Shown piece by piece: positions 9,247 to 19,292 of a stretch of DNA of 64,000 nt. The position numbers were made by a program, and so were the translations under genes. The DNA is taken from sequence record OK040170.1, one strand, 5' to 3'. The notes under the pieces are model-generated. The model ran no database searches. It was not told where the DNA came from and saw only the letters and a list, made by a program, of their open reading frames with translations. The first letter of the stretch is position 1. Each line of letters starts with the position of its first letter.

Positions 9247-9855
9247 TCACTTCTTAGTCAACAGCTTTTGTAACTCTGCTACAGTTTGTCTCAGGGATGC
9301 ATTGGCTTGTTGCTCTTGGAGTAACTGAGCGTAAGTCGATGTTCTGTTTTTGATAGCAGCTTGACGAGCCGCTTCCAGAGCATCAGCATCTTCTGGAGTA
9401 ATAGCAGTAGTCGCAGGGATTTGATCCAGGTTCATCGTAGGCGTTACACCAAACGTATCGCTGATAACATTACCTACTTGTTCCAGTAAGAAATCAAACG
9501 AGACGTTCAGAGGAATCGGACCCAACTGAGCCGAGATAATCGCAATCCCATAGTTGGACATTGCAATCCCAGGATACTTCTCAATGTAGGTATCAGGAAC
9601 CTGAATAACTGCACCGGCGTCACTCGAGAGTACGCACATTGTAGCATCGGCAGCTAAGTCTTCTTGGTACTTCTCCTGACTCAATCCCTTAGGTTGATAA
9701 TGGACTTTGAAGATATCCACACCATCGAGAGAGATCATTTCTCGGAACTTGCGAAGAGCGATACAAGTGTAGAGAAGAGTAGGGTCAGCAGCCCAAGGGG
9801 ACTTCAGACTCCAGATACCACGCATCGGTATCGAAGGCGTATTTTTCACTACCAT
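9247..9855 (-). CDS. Conserved phiKZ-like virion structural protein (202 aa)
   Basis: G(I/L)WSLKSPW N-terminal motif and C-terminal coiled coil; syntenic position in the phiKZ-like structural block (from memory). Confidence 0.55.
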   Translation of the reverse strand: MVVKNTPSIPMRGIWSLKSPWAADPTLLYTCIALRKFREMISLDGVDIFKVHYQPKGLSQEKYQEDLAADATMCVLSSDAGAVIQVPDTYIEKYPGIAMSNYGIAIISAQLGPIPLNVSFDFLLEQVGNVISDTFGVTPTMNLDQIPATTAITPEDADALEAARQAAIKNRTSTYAQLLQEQQANASLRQTVAELQKLLTKK

Positions 9856-9858
9856 TTA

Positions 9859-11160
9859 TTAGTCCTTAGAGAACCCGTTTTTAATTGGTGCCAAATACTG
9901 CACTGCGCCCACTGTTGTTGTGAGATAGTAGATGCCACCACGAACAGTACGGGTCATCCCAGTTGGAATGACACTGGTTGCTGTCGCTTTCTCTGCTGCT
10001 TTAAACAACGCGACCATGGCAATGATGAATTCGCGAGTAGCAGGAGGGATCTTACTGAACTCAGGGCTATCGGTAGAGATAGCGGCGTACTGAGGCCAGA
10101 GTGCGTCGAAGTTACTACCCACTGCGTAGTTGCGAATATGGCCGCAAGAGAGGAACGCGATGTTCTGGTAAGTTGAACCAGAGATACACGAGTTCTCCGC
10201 CACGTGTGCAGGATCGTAGCCAACGAAGTACTTAGCCGAATAAACCGGAATGTCCTTGACTGGTACAGTCGGGGAATACAACCCAGTTGATTCGATCTGG
10301 TTAGGTAAGGAATACCGATCCCAGATAGGTACCAAGTAAAACTCAGTTGGAGTGAACAGGTCAGGTAGAACCTTTTCCCACTCGTCACGCCCGTATTTCG
10401 AGTTACTTAAAATGTACTCACGCAGCGCATCTTTAATGTGGTCTAAGTTAGACCCGGCAAAGCCACGAATGATTGCAGTAAACGGGGCCAGGTAACGCAC
10501 TTCATCGTTGGTGCGATCTACCCAGGTAAAGTTACCCGTCCAAATTTCTGTTTGGGGTTGATCCCCTATTTTAGCCTGGATACGATCCGAGTGACTTTTA
10601 ACCGTAATCGCCTTCAGAATATCGAGTACGTCATTCCCGCTACCCATTAAAAGGTCGATATCATCGACTGGTGGGACGACGTCAATTTCGAAGTTCGGAT
10701 ATTCCGTACGGAAGTTGGCGTCAGCGTACCAAATATAGACCTCATTCTCTTCACCTGCGGTGGAGATGCGATATTGGATACTGCTTGGGAAATTATAGTT
10801 GCGGTGAGTAACAATTTCACCTACACTACGGAATTCCGCAATGGTGGCGAATTGAGTATTCAACGCCTGAAGCAGACCGGTTGTATCTTTACCAATGAGG
10901 CCCTGAATACTACGGGTATAAAGCCATTGGGATATTTGTAGGGTGATGCTGTAATACGCCAAGTTAAGGTCTACTTTCTGACCGTCCCGGCGTACATCGA
11001 AGGTCATCAGACTGACGTCAGGATAATCCTGAATTCGGTACAGACCTTTCTCGCTACTATACGTAGCGGAGTGAGCTGTAATCTCACCGACGGTGGACGT
11101 TTGTCCTGGGACGTTGTCGATGAAGTTAGCAATATTGACGAAGCCGTACAGTGTCAACAT
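9859..11160 (-). CDS. Conserved phiKZ-like virion structural protein (gp157-like, 433 aa)
   Basis: Synteny next to RNase H; EFYLVPIWD-type motif. Confidence 0.55.
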   Translation of the reverse strand: MLTLYGFVNIANFIDNVPGQTSTVGEITAHSATYSSEKGLYRIQDYPDVSLMTFDVRRDGQKVDLNLAYYSITLQISQWLYTRSIQGLIGKDTTGLLQALNTQFATIAEFRSVGEIVTHRNYNFPSSIQYRISTAGEENEVYIWYADANFRTEYPNFEIDVVPPVDDIDLLMGSGNDVLDILKAITVKSHSDRIQAKIGDQPQTEIWTGNFTWVDRTNDEVRYLAPFTAIIRGFAGSNLDHIKDALREYILSNSKYGRDEWEKVLPDLFTPTEFYLVPIWDRYSLPNQIESTGLYSPTVPVKDIPVYSAKYFVGYDPAHVAENSCISGSTYQNIAFLSCGHIRNYAVGSNFDALWPQYAAISTDSPEFSKIPPATREFIIAMVALFKAAEKATATSVIPTGMTRTVRGGIYYLTTTVGAVQYLAPIKNGFSKD

Positions 11161-11217
11161 ATCCAGTTTTCTCCAAAAATAAAATTATGATAATTTGCAA
11201 CGCAGGAGGCTTCCGCC

Positions 11218-11649
11218 GTGAACCTTTTGATTTTGAGAATCATCCCGTACCTGTACTACTTCATTAGGGAGCAGTATAGAGCGGACGTGGAAGGGAGACC
11301 CCCAACCAAGAAGCAAAGGACGAAGTACCGTACGATCATCTCCGTACTGACCATTTTCATCATCGTAGCTGGCGTATACCTTGGGTATAACAAGTTCGTT
11401 GATCGCAACATGGTTTGCGTAGATGAAAGGAAAGTCGAAACCTTACCATCTTCGATTGGTGTTGTTTCTCGCGAAACGTACGAAAAAGATGTGCGATTAC
11501 TTATTCGGGAAAGTGTTGAGAAGGATTTCTTGAACGACAACCTTCGGGCCGAAGTCAAGAAGCTCTGCGACAAACATCCAACCGATTGTAACGAAAATAC
11601 CCATCACATGATTGACCAGAGTAACAAAGTAAACCCGAACGGAAAGTAG
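11218..11649 (+). CDS. Single-pass membrane protein (143 aa)
   Basis: GTG start with GGAGG RBS; basic patch KKQRTKYR, then TM IISVLTIFIIVAGVYLGY, then a Cys-containing C-terminal domain. Confidence 0.7.
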   Translation: MNLLILRIIPYLYYFIREQYRADVEGRPPTKKQRTKYRTIISVLTIFIIVAGVYLGYNKFVDRNMVCVDERKVETLPSSIGVVSRETYEKDVRLLIRESVEKDFLNDNLRAEVKKLCDKHPTDCNENTHHMIDQSNKVNPNGK

Positions 11650-11705
11650 TAGTTAAAAAATACGATGGTTCCGGTTAGTTTGTAAATAATATCAGGAGCT
11701 ATCGA

Positions 11706-13286
11706 ATGACTATCGACGACATCCAAGAGGGCCTTTGGGCACCGGGTGAATTTAACGCGGTGTTATACACCGATGGTGGCTCTAACCAGGATACTTTGTT
11801 ATCGGGTTGGTCTATCCATGGTTACGTTTATCCGCTGGTAGAAGAGAAGAAGAACGAATTCACAAAGGCCAAAGGTGTCCCGAGTAACTACGGGTATGTC
11901 GATGGCCGTACAACAACTCCTTCTCGTAATTTGGGTACTGATCGCACTTACAAAGGTTCGAAAGGTACCCCTTTATTTCCGTACCCGGTAAACCCGGACG
12001 CGGCACCAGTAGTACCAATGCATTACCTTGATTTCTACGGTGGGCAACATGCCACCACGAATAACTACGCAGAAATGACCGGATTAATGGTCGCCCTGCA
12101 ATTCATCGAAAAGTTCCAACCTAAGCAAGCCTTCATCTTACCTGACTCAGAGTACGCTCTGAAAGGTCTGCTGGTCTGGCGCCAGGGTTGGGAACGTAAT
12201 GGTGGTAAGAACTCTAAAGGGATTATTACTCCTAACTGGGAATATTGGAAGCAGATCTACGAACTGTACGATCGTGTAGTAGCTACCAATCATACCGAGT
12301 TGTTCTTCACTCACGTATACGGTCACAGTGGCGATGCGGGTAACGAGAAAGCCGACTACAACGCTAACTGTGCGATGATCCTGCAGCGTGATGTTCCGGG
12401 CACTGCGAAGTTCCTGGTAAGTGATGCAAAAGGGTATATTCAGAAAACGAAAATAAGTAATCGTCTCTTAGAGCAACGTTGGTGGTATGCGACCAACGAT
12501 CGTGCTTCCAACAAATATGACTTCGATGAACGTCATTTTTACTTCTTCGGCAATCACGGGAAAGCTGAGGATGAGGAAGATCTGATCGGTAAATCGACCG
12601 CTACTGCTAAGGTATCGATTCTGCTAATGAAAGAGCCAGAGCCGGTACTGGAGTTATTAGGGGAGTTTCTGAAGAATCAGTTCTACGATGGCAGCAACGT
12701 GATGACATTGGGGTACTTGGAAAATATCCTTCAACCTGAACGTTACGCTAACTTGTTAACTCACGGGCAAGCTGTGCTGTGGGATGATAAGTCTCGCGAT
12801 TTGCTGTCGACTCCGGATAAAGTACCCGTCCTTAAAGAGTTACGTCCAACGTATCTCGGATATACGCTGCTCGACAAGTTCGATGGTCTAGTAGGCGTAC
12901 TGGAGAAATATCTGAAAGGTAACTCATCTGTGGTCGTCACCGACATTACGGATAAGTGCCTGGTTACAACGCAGGAAGGTAACAAGAAGCCGGTAACTAA
13001 ACCTACCGATGCTATCAACCCTCCGCATAAAGCGTTTACGGTCGAGCTGAATTATCTCATGGGAGGTAAGGAAGGCAAGACTAAGGTTAAACTCAAGTTG
13101 GGTCAAGATATCCCACTGCGTAATACCTTAAACGCAATTGGTACTTCGGAGACGAAAGTCTACGCAATTACCTGGCCAGTAGCACCGACCGCATTCCGTT
13201 ATGGTACGATCGTAGAAGAGAACGGAGAGCTGTTATTCAGTTGCTCTTTAAGTTCCAATCTCTACGAGCTTACAGGCAAACTATGA
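11706..13286 (+). CDS. rnhA: Ribonuclease HI-like protein with long C-terminal extension (phiKZ gp155-like)
   Basis: Catalytic motifs YTDGGS, TNNYAEM, PDSEY, HVYGHSGDAGNEKAD. Confidence 0.92.
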   Translation: MTIDDIQEGLWAPGEFNAVLYTDGGSNQDTLLSGWSIHGYVYPLVEEKKNEFTKAKGVPSNYGYVDGRTTTPSRNLGTDRTYKGSKGTPLFPYPVNPDAAPVVPMHYLDFYGGQHATTNNYAEMTGLMVALQFIEKFQPKQAFILPDSEYALKGLLVWRQGWERNGGKNSKGIITPNWEYWKQIYELYDRVVATNHTELFFTHVYGHSGDAGNEKADYNANCAMILQRDVPGTAKFLVSDAKGYIQKTKISNRLLEQRWWYATNDRASNKYDFDERHFYFFGNHGKAEDEEDLIGKSTATAKVSILLMKEPEPVLELLGEFLKNQFYDGSNVMTLGYLENILQPERYANLLTHGQAVLWDDKSRDLLSTPDKVPVLKELRPTYLGYTLLDKFDGLVGVLEKYLKGNSSVVVTDITDKCLVTTQEGNKKPVTKPTDAINPPHKAFTVELNYLMGGKEGKTKVKLKLGQDIPLRNTLNAIGTSETKVYAITWPVAPTAFRYGTIVEENGELLFSCSLSSNLYELTGKL

Positions 13287-13663
13287 TCAAACTGTTGTTT
13301 TGTTTAATAGGTCGAAAGTATCTGAATGATAAGGGCCGGCGTATGCTGGTCCTCGGATCACTCTACGCAATTCTTCGTAAGAAGAAAAGTGTAACGACCT
13401 CCATGGAAGAACTGAACGAGAAAATGAATATCGCGATCGATTGCCGCGGTCTTCAGTTAGCTGCGATCCTTCCCGAAATCCTTTGGGACAAAAGAAAACG
13501 CGAACGTTTGGAATCACTTCCTCCTGAAAGGCTGGTACGCTATTATTCACAGCTGCTGCCCACGTGGTTGAAATACGATCACCAAGGGAACAACTTTAAT
13601 TTCGAGAATGATCTTCAACGGGTCACTGATCTCGCCTCAGCGAATCGTCATTTTGTTAGTTGA
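13283..13663 (+). CDS. Hypothetical protein (126 aa)
   Basis: ATGA overlap with the RNase H stop defines the start at 13283. Confidence 0.7.
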   Translation: MIKLLFCLIGRKYLNDKGRRMLVLGSLYAILRKKKSVTTSMEELNEKMNIAIDCRGLQLAAILPEILWDKRKRERLESLPPERLVRYYSQLLPTWLKYDHQGNNFNFENDLQRVTDLASANRHFVS

Positions 13664-13685
13664 TATCGAAAATAGAAAAAGGTAA

Positions 13686-13711
13686 CCCAGAGAGCCGTAA
13701 AGCTCTCTGGG
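13686..13711. terminator. Bidirectional terminator
   Basis: CCCAGAGAGC-CGTAAA-GCTCTCTGGG with A- and T-rich flanks. Confidence 0.8.
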
Positions 13712-13730
13712 CCCTTATTTGTTTTATTGC

Positions 13731-14600
13731 TTAGCGAGGCAGGACAGACAGTAGTTTTTTAGCTGTGTCATCCATTGCTTGTTTGTGGCTAGCGAAGCGA
13801 GTATAAACCGCTGCGTACAGCTCAACCATCTCTGCAACGTCGTAAGTAACTTCGGACAGTTCTTTGATGGATTTAGGATTGAAACGATACGGCAGGTTAC
13901 TGTCTTTGATTTGGACAGCCAGGGTATCGAGCATCTTACCGATGTTATCGACAGATGCGTTCACCAGATCCATGTTAGAGCTGCTCAGACCTTCACCCAT
14001 GGCTTTGGTCAGGTTCATGGCTTCAATCGTGTCAGCGTTACGCTGAGCGCAATCGCCGTACTTACGAATAACGGTACGCTGGTTACCGGAAACAGGTTCA
14101 GCGATAGCTTTCAGCATACCTTGAACGTCAGCTTGTTTGATCGTAATGATCTTACCAACCGCGCTCATTTGCTCAGGGCTAGTAATCGCAGTAGCCAGGA
14201 ACTTCTCGAACGGCTTCAGGTAGTTGTCGTACATGTTGATAGAGAACTCTACCGGATGACGATATGCATCCAGGTATTCCAGCCAGGTAACATCCAGGCC
14301 AGGGGTAACCGGTACACGTTGGTCGATGATATCGATATACGGTACGTTTGCCAAACGCTGCTGCAGTTTAGCAATGTTAGGATCACGAGTCGCCAGCACA
14401 TCGGTCGCTTCCGGCTCGATATCCATGGAGAAGCTGCTCGAAACCTTTTTAAGGAAGTCACTGAACTTATTGATCAGTGGCATCAGAGGACGATGCAGAG
14501 CTAGTGCTTCATTAGACGGAGCTGTCATAGGGACAACCTTGACCAACTCGACCAAAGCGGCCTGCTCAGCTTTAATAAGAGAAAGGGAATGCTTTTTCAT
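13731..14600 (-). CDS. Virion (internal head) protein, phiKZ gp153-like
   Basis: Divergent from uvsX as in phiKZ; N-terminal S-x-E (PSNE) putative prohead-protease site. Confidence 0.55.
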   Translation of the reverse strand: MKKHSLSLIKAEQAALVELVKVVPMTAPSNEALALHRPLMPLINKFSDFLKKVSSSFSMDIEPEATDVLATRDPNIAKLQQRLANVPYIDIIDQRVPVTPGLDVTWLEYLDAYRHPVEFSINMYDNYLKPFEKFLATAITSPEQMSAVGKIITIKQADVQGMLKAIAEPVSGNQRTVIRKYGDCAQRNADTIEAMNLTKAMGEGLSSSNMDLVNASVDNIGKMLDTLAVQIKDSNLPYRFNPKSIKELSEVTYDVAEMVELYAAVYTRFASHKQAMDDTAKKLLSVLPR

Positions 14601-14705
14601 GGAATAAACCTTTAGATCCGAAATGAAGGGACTTCAACATAAAAATAAATGTATCCCTCCATTAGAATGAACACAAGTTTCTTTATCGAACAGGATTAAT
14701 AACGA

Positions 14706-16130
14706 ATGAGTAATTTCAGCTTGAGTATCGGCGGCGTAGTCGGGAAGGACAAAGCTGCAGACGCTACAACACCTAAGTTAAACGTAGGGTGTCTGTTCGA
14801 CCACTTCTCTGGTCGTTATACACCAGGTAAACACGGAGAGATGATCCTCAACGGCGGCTTCTCTTATATCAATGCTGTAGTAGGCGAGAACAACCAGTTC
14901 AAATCTACCCTGTCCGATTACTTCATGTTGAAGGCGCAGGAGAACTACTACGCGGCCACCAACAGTTTCTACTACGAGACTGAAGGTTCTAAAGACGTAT
15001 CCGGTCTGATGTACCGTGCGGCTCGCTGCCCACAGATCCAGGCCGAAGGTATGGAAGAGAACGATAAGTTCTTCTTCTCTAACATGCTGAAAATGTCCGG
15101 TAACGCATACTGGGACATTCGTAAGGAATACGGCGACGCTAAGACTGACAAGAAAAACAAAGTCAGTCAGTTGACCACTCCTTTCGTTAACGTGGACGGT
15201 TCATCTATTACGATGTTCCCGCCAACGCTGGAAGAGATCGATAGCTGGTCGATGATGTCTTTTGACGCAATCGAACAGAAGTTCGGTGACGTTGAGATCG
15301 GCCACAAAGACAACAACATGATGTTCATGAACGACGGTCGATACAAGACTCAGATCATGATGCAGATGCCAAGTTTGAACGGCCGCCACTCTATGTTTAC
15401 TTTCATGACCGCACACATCGGTTCTAAAGTGAACATGGATCCCAACTCTCCGCCGTCTAAGATCATGGCTGACCTGGCAGCAGGTAAAGGTCTGAAGAAC
15501 GCCACAGAGAAGTTCACGTTCGTACCAAATAACATGTGGATGGTGCACAAACGTACTCCTCTGACTGACTCTAACCGCATTCCAATCTATGGTCGCGGTG
15601 AGGCTGGGTCTAAGGACGATAAAGACCTGGTGAAAGTATCGTGCATGAACCTGCGCGGTAAGTTCGGTCAATCGGGCGCGCCTTTCGAGCTGATCTTCTC
15701 TCAGACAGAAGGTCTGCAAGAGCACCTCACGCTGCTGCACTATCTGCGCGATACTAACAAATACTGGGGCATGGATTCTAACAACACCAACATGTCGTTG
15801 TTGATCTACCCGGAAGTGAAATTCACCCGTAATGCCGTACGCGATAAAATCGATGAAGACTACAAACTTCGTCGTGCTCTGGAGCTGACCGCTGGTATGT
15901 GCCAGATCAGTAACTTCATGTGGTATCTCGGTCCGCACGTTACTGTGCCGCCTACTGATATCATTGCGAAGGTGAAGGAGCAGGGATACGACATCAACGA
16001 ACTGCTGGAAACTACTCGCGGTTATTGGCAGTTTGAAGAGATCAAGGAAGAGAAGCATTACCTGTCCGCACTTGACCTGATCAATATCGCTGCCGGTACT
16101 TACAAGCCGTATTGGATGAAGAAAAAATAA
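14706..16130 (+). CDS. uvsX: UvsX/RecA-like recombinase (phiKZ gp152-like)
   Basis: Walker A variant GENNQFKST, Walker B-like EEIDSWS, FTFMTAHIG strand; synteny. Confidence 0.85.
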   Translation: MSNFSLSIGGVVGKDKAADATTPKLNVGCLFDHFSGRYTPGKHGEMILNGGFSYINAVVGENNQFKSTLSDYFMLKAQENYYAATNSFYYETEGSKDVSGLMYRAARCPQIQAEGMEENDKFFFSNMLKMSGNAYWDIRKEYGDAKTDKKNKVSQLTTPFVNVDGSSITMFPPTLEEIDSWSMMSFDAIEQKFGDVEIGHKDNNMMFMNDGRYKTQIMMQMPSLNGRHSMFTFMTAHIGSKVNMDPNSPPSKIMADLAAGKGLKNATEKFTFVPNNMWMVHKRTPLTDSNRIPIYGRGEAGSKDDKDLVKVSCMNLRGKFGQSGAPFELIFSQTEGLQEHLTLLHYLRDTNKYWGMDSNNTNMSLLIYPEVKFTRNAVRDKIDEDYKLRRALELTAGMCQISNFMWYLGPHVTVPPTDIIAKVKEQGYDINELLETTRGYWQFEEIKEEKHYLSALDLINIAAGTYKPYWMKKK

Positions 16131-16145
16131 AGGAGAGCTAGTAAC

Positions 16146-16427
16146 ATGGTACGTCAAGAAGCACGCTTCCACATGGCCATGTTACTTGCGCAGTATTCTA
16201 ATCGGATTGCGAACCGCTTTGAAAGCTCGTTCGAACATCGTGAAAGAGTACGGTCAAGTAACAAAGCGGAAATGCTAGAGATCAACGAGTTCTGGTCAGG
16301 GGTACTCAAGAACGATTCCCCTGAAGCATCGCGATATTGCGAAACCCTTCCCGTTGATCGCGGCATTGACGTCTGGTTGGATAGCTTCAACTCCAAAGTG
16401 CTTACCTATATCTTACGATACTGGTAA
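16146..16427 (+). CDS. Hypothetical protein (93 aa)
   Basis: AGGAG RBS, operon spacing. Confidence 0.7.
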   Translation: MVRQEARFHMAMLLAQYSNRIANRFESSFEHRERVRSSNKAEMLEINEFWSGVLKNDSPEASRYCETLPVDRGIDVWLDSFNSKVLTYILRYW

Positions 16428-16442
16428 CTGAGGGTCATCGAT

Positions 16443-16937
16443 GTGGCCAAATATAAAATCATGGTATCGGGTTGTAGGGGATACATCCGATACTATCAAT
16501 TCGCTAAGTTGATGGATAAGCTCCTGAAGCGCTTCCCTAAAGATGAAGTTATTATCATCGAAGGGGGCGCTAAGGGAACTGATTACTTAGCTTTCCTCTA
16601 TGCTTTGCGTCGTGGTTATAAGTGTTTAACTTTTACCGCAGATTGGGACAACCTCGGTCCGAGTGCGGGATACATTCGTAATGTAGAGATGTTAGAGATC
16701 GCCACGCATTGTGCAACCTTCTGGGATGGCAAGAGTAAAGGAACTGCTCACGTTGTACAGAACGCACATCGTTATGACGTCGCACATCGCGCATTCACTA
16801 TCGAGATTCCTAAAAATGAAAAACAGAGAAAAGGCAACAGCACTTGGCGTAAAGCTAATGGCAGAACTCTTTCCAAAATCCGGCAACGACACCATGCTCA
16901 AAGCCGACCTGGAAAAGTTGAGCGACCAGCAGTTTGA
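16443..16937 (+). CDS. SLOG-family (YspA/DUF2493-like) nucleotide-binding protein
   Basis: VSGCR...IIEGGAKGTD...ADWDNLGPSAGYIRNVEM...FWDGKSKGT motif set; 3' end overlaps the next gene. Confidence 0.8.
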   Translation: MAKYKIMVSGCRGYIRYYQFAKLMDKLLKRFPKDEVIIIEGGAKGTDYLAFLYALRRGYKCLTFTADWDNLGPSAGYIRNVEMLEIATHCATFWDGKSKGTAHVVQNAHRYDVAHRAFTIEIPKNEKQRKGNSTWRKANGRTLSKIRQRHHAQSRPGKVERPAV

Positions 16938-17493
16938 AGAATTGATGGGACAGATCGCAGCCGGTCGCCCTGTTATTTCTGCAACGATTCCTAACATCTC
17001 AGGGATCACGCTGAACAACGCTCACTTCAAAGCGATCGGTGATAAATGGGGTGTGGAGTTCTTCCATCACCTGATTATGACTGACCCGGAGACTAACCGT
17101 GAGTTCGTTACTCCGCTTCGGTACATGATCGTTCGTGAAGGTGTTGTTCGTCTCCAGCAGATGATCGAGGATAAACAATCTATCCCAGACGATACTACTC
17201 ATGTAGACGATTTGACTGGTCAGGTAACAGGGCCGTCCAAAGGTTCTAAGCTGTCCTTCGTGGAAACTAACAACCTGCGTGGCCGTGGCTTCCTTAAAGT
17301 CATTCTGGAAACGATCTCTGTTCGTGGCGGTGACGAAGCCGCTAACCTTAAGTTCGAAGAAGACATCGCTCTCACTGGTGAGGGTAGTGTAGAAGTAGCG
17401 AAAGAGTTCGGCAGTGGCGTAACAGCTACTCGTAACTTTGCTACCATTCTTCGTGTTGCTCACCTGGATAACACGCTGGACAAAGGTTTATGA
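16816..17493 (+). CDS. rpoB: Virion RNA polymerase beta subunit, C-terminal part (phiKZ gp149-like)
   Basis: RLQQMIEDK...DDLTGQVTGPSKGSKLSFVE...E..SVRGGD aligns with the RpoB C-terminal KLxHMVxDK...TQQPxxG...GEME...KSDD region; start ATG at 16816. Confidence 0.88.
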   Translation: MKNREKATALGVKLMAELFPKSGNDTMLKADLEKLSDQQFEELMGQIAAGRPVISATIPNISGITLNNAHFKAIGDKWGVEFFHHLIMTDPETNREFVTPLRYMIVREGVVRLQQMIEDKQSIPDDTTHVDDLTGQVTGPSKGSKLSFVETNNLRGRGFLKVILETISVRGGDEAANLKFEEDIALTGEGSVEVAKEFGSGVTATRNFATILRVAHLDNTLDKGL

Positions 17494-17969
17494 TCAAAGA
17501 ACATTTAGAGCTGCTTGCTGGCCAGGTAAACGACTATCATGATCGATACATGAGTCGTTACGGTAGCGACGAGCAGACGTTGAATCGCATCGCAGCTTTC
17601 GCTAGCCGGTTCTCTGCCATGTCCCATATTCACACCCTGACTACCAAAGAAAGCCTAACGGCGGTAGCTAAGGAAATGTTTGCTTACGAAGAGCTGACAG
17701 AATACGTGATGGGTATGCGGTACGCGGCACTGGCTATCTTTACCAAAGACGAACTCTTCGCTATCGCAGACTCGTATGCCGCCAGTATTTCCAATGGTAG
17801 CTGGGGGCGTACAGGTTCAATGGCTAGTCGTCCTAATCTCTCGGTATTGCCGACAGACGATACGATCTGGCAGACAACCTACGAAGACGTCTCTAACCTT
17901 TTCCGAGATAACATTTGGATCATTCCTCTGTTAACTCTGGGGTTAGTGGAGATCTGGAAGGAGATCTAA
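17490..17969 (+). CDS. Conserved hypothetical protein (159 aa)
   Basis: ATGA overlap with the upstream gene. Confidence 0.7.
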   Translation: MIKEHLELLAGQVNDYHDRYMSRYGSDEQTLNRIAAFASRFSAMSHIHTLTTKESLTAVAKEMFAYEELTEYVMGMRYAALAIFTKDELFAIADSYAASISNGSWGRTGSMASRPNLSVLPTDDTIWQTTYEDVSNLFRDNIWIIPLLTLGLVEIWKEI

Positions 17970-18670
17970 TGGATCGCGTTAAGATACTACTCAGTTTGGA
18001 CGATCTCTTTGATACTCGACTTTCAACGGCATTGCGGTTGAATCAGAAGAAGGGTATTGACCTGATTAAAAACGGATATGGACGCCGTCGTGGTGACTGG
18101 GTAATTTGGGAAGGTCTGGGGATTACCGAAGAGCAGTGGCGAAGTGCTTACGCTAAACGCGATAACGAAACGCTTAAACGATCAATCCGTTCTAAGTTAG
18201 TTAACGTTATACTGGAAGTTGCACTGGATGCAGATAAAGGGCCAAGGAACGAGATTTCAAAATCCAACATGGAGATTGTAATTAACGAGTGGCCTTATTC
18301 CATGACGCCGAAAGTGAAAGCGGACTTCGTTAAGATGTTCTCTCACTTAGTTCCGCCAAATATCCCTGTCGGATTTATTAGAAGAGCACCGAAGTTACTT
18401 ACGCCTAAGTTTGTAACTGAGAGCTTCACCCACTTCATCAACTACGACATGATCAATTGGATTGATCTTCATTTGCAAACGGAAGAAGATTGCAACATGT
18501 TGAAACTGGAGTTGATTGGACCTCAGCTGTTCCAGTGTAAGCCGGACGTAGAAGACTTCGCTTTGTTTAAGGGTGTTATTGATGACGTTCACCGATTGGC
18601 TGAGCAATACGTTAGCCCGTCCATGTCAGTGCGCTATATTAGCACTGAGTACTTCAACACGCCGTTTTAA
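17969..18670 (+). CDS. Conserved hypothetical protein with HAD-like N-terminus
   Basis: TAATG overlap gives start 17969; ILLSLDDLFDT resembles HAD motif I. Confidence 0.55.
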   Translation: MDRVKILLSLDDLFDTRLSTALRLNQKKGIDLIKNGYGRRRGDWVIWEGLGITEEQWRSAYAKRDNETLKRSIRSKLVNVILEVALDADKGPRNEISKSNMEIVINEWPYSMTPKVKADFVKMFSHLVPPNIPVGFIRRAPKLLTPKFVTESFTHFINYDMINWIDLHLQTEEDCNMLKLELIGPQLFQCKPDVEDFALFKGVIDDVHRLAEQYVSPSMSVRYISTEYFNTPF

Positions 18671-18677
18671 CGTCATA

Positions 18678-18701
18678 GGTGGAGGGAAGTTACCCTCCAC
18701 C
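18678..18701. terminator. Bidirectional terminator
   Basis: GGTGGAGGG-AAGTTA-CCCTCCACC between convergent genes. Confidence 0.75.
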
Positions 18702-18705
18702 CTTG

Positions 18706-19230
18706 TTAGCCTTTACGCAGGTCTTCGTGAGCGTTTTCCATACGTTCAAAGAACTCGGAGGAACTTTCCTCTTTCTTATCGATGACCAATTCAGAGTCAT
18801 CAATATCGTCAAACTCGGCTGCCATGTTCAGGGAGAAGACTTTATCGTCTCGAGTAGGCTTACCTGCATACATCGACTCGATTGGAGTTTCGCCACGTAC
18901 AACGCGAGTAGACATCTCTTCCAGCAAGTGAGCAATACGCTCGTCGTTCTCGTTGGCTTTGTCAGCCACCTGAATACGTTTCTTGCCGATGACCTGTTTA
19001 TCGATACCGTCGAGCAGTTTACTGAGGCTGTTGATAGAGTCTTTATCCGTAGGGACTTTACCATCCGTCACCAACTGATTTACCGCCATCATGCGGATAC
19101 TCTGCGTAAACTCTAAACGATCATCGTCGTTACCAGGGAAACCCTCAGCGACACGAGAAGATTGGAATTCCCCTTCCTTCACCTCTTCGAAGGTTTCAAC
19201 CTTTTCATATCCAGACATAGTCAGCTCCAT
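18706..19230 (-). CDS. Hypothetical acidic protein (174 aa)
   Basis: ORF track; converges on a terminator. Confidence 0.7.
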   Translation of the reverse strand: MELTMSGYEKVETFEEVKEGEFQSSRVAEGFPGNDDDRLEFTQSIRMMAVNQLVTDGKVPTDKDSINSLSKLLDGIDKQVIGKKRIQVADKANENDERIAHLLEEMSTRVVRGETPIESMYAGKPTRDDKVFSLNMAAEFDDIDDSELVIDKKEESSSEFFERMENAHEDLRKG

Positions 19231-19235
19231 TTTTA

Positions 19236-19251
19236 TTTAAACATATATTAC
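19236..19251 (+). promoter_or_regulatory. Early promoter
   Basis: TTTAAACA-TATATTAC, exact phiKZ early consensus at 19244-19251. Confidence 0.7.
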
Positions 19252-19292
19252 ATTAATGATAGGCATATTAAATCTAAAGCGAGGAAACTGTT

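Noticed and set aside
16711-16815. N-terminal extension of vRNAP beta-C, or a programmed frameshift fusing SLOG to the polymerase
   Set aside because: The extension overlaps the conserved SLOG core and looks like shadow sequence; no convincing slippery site plus stimulator was seen.
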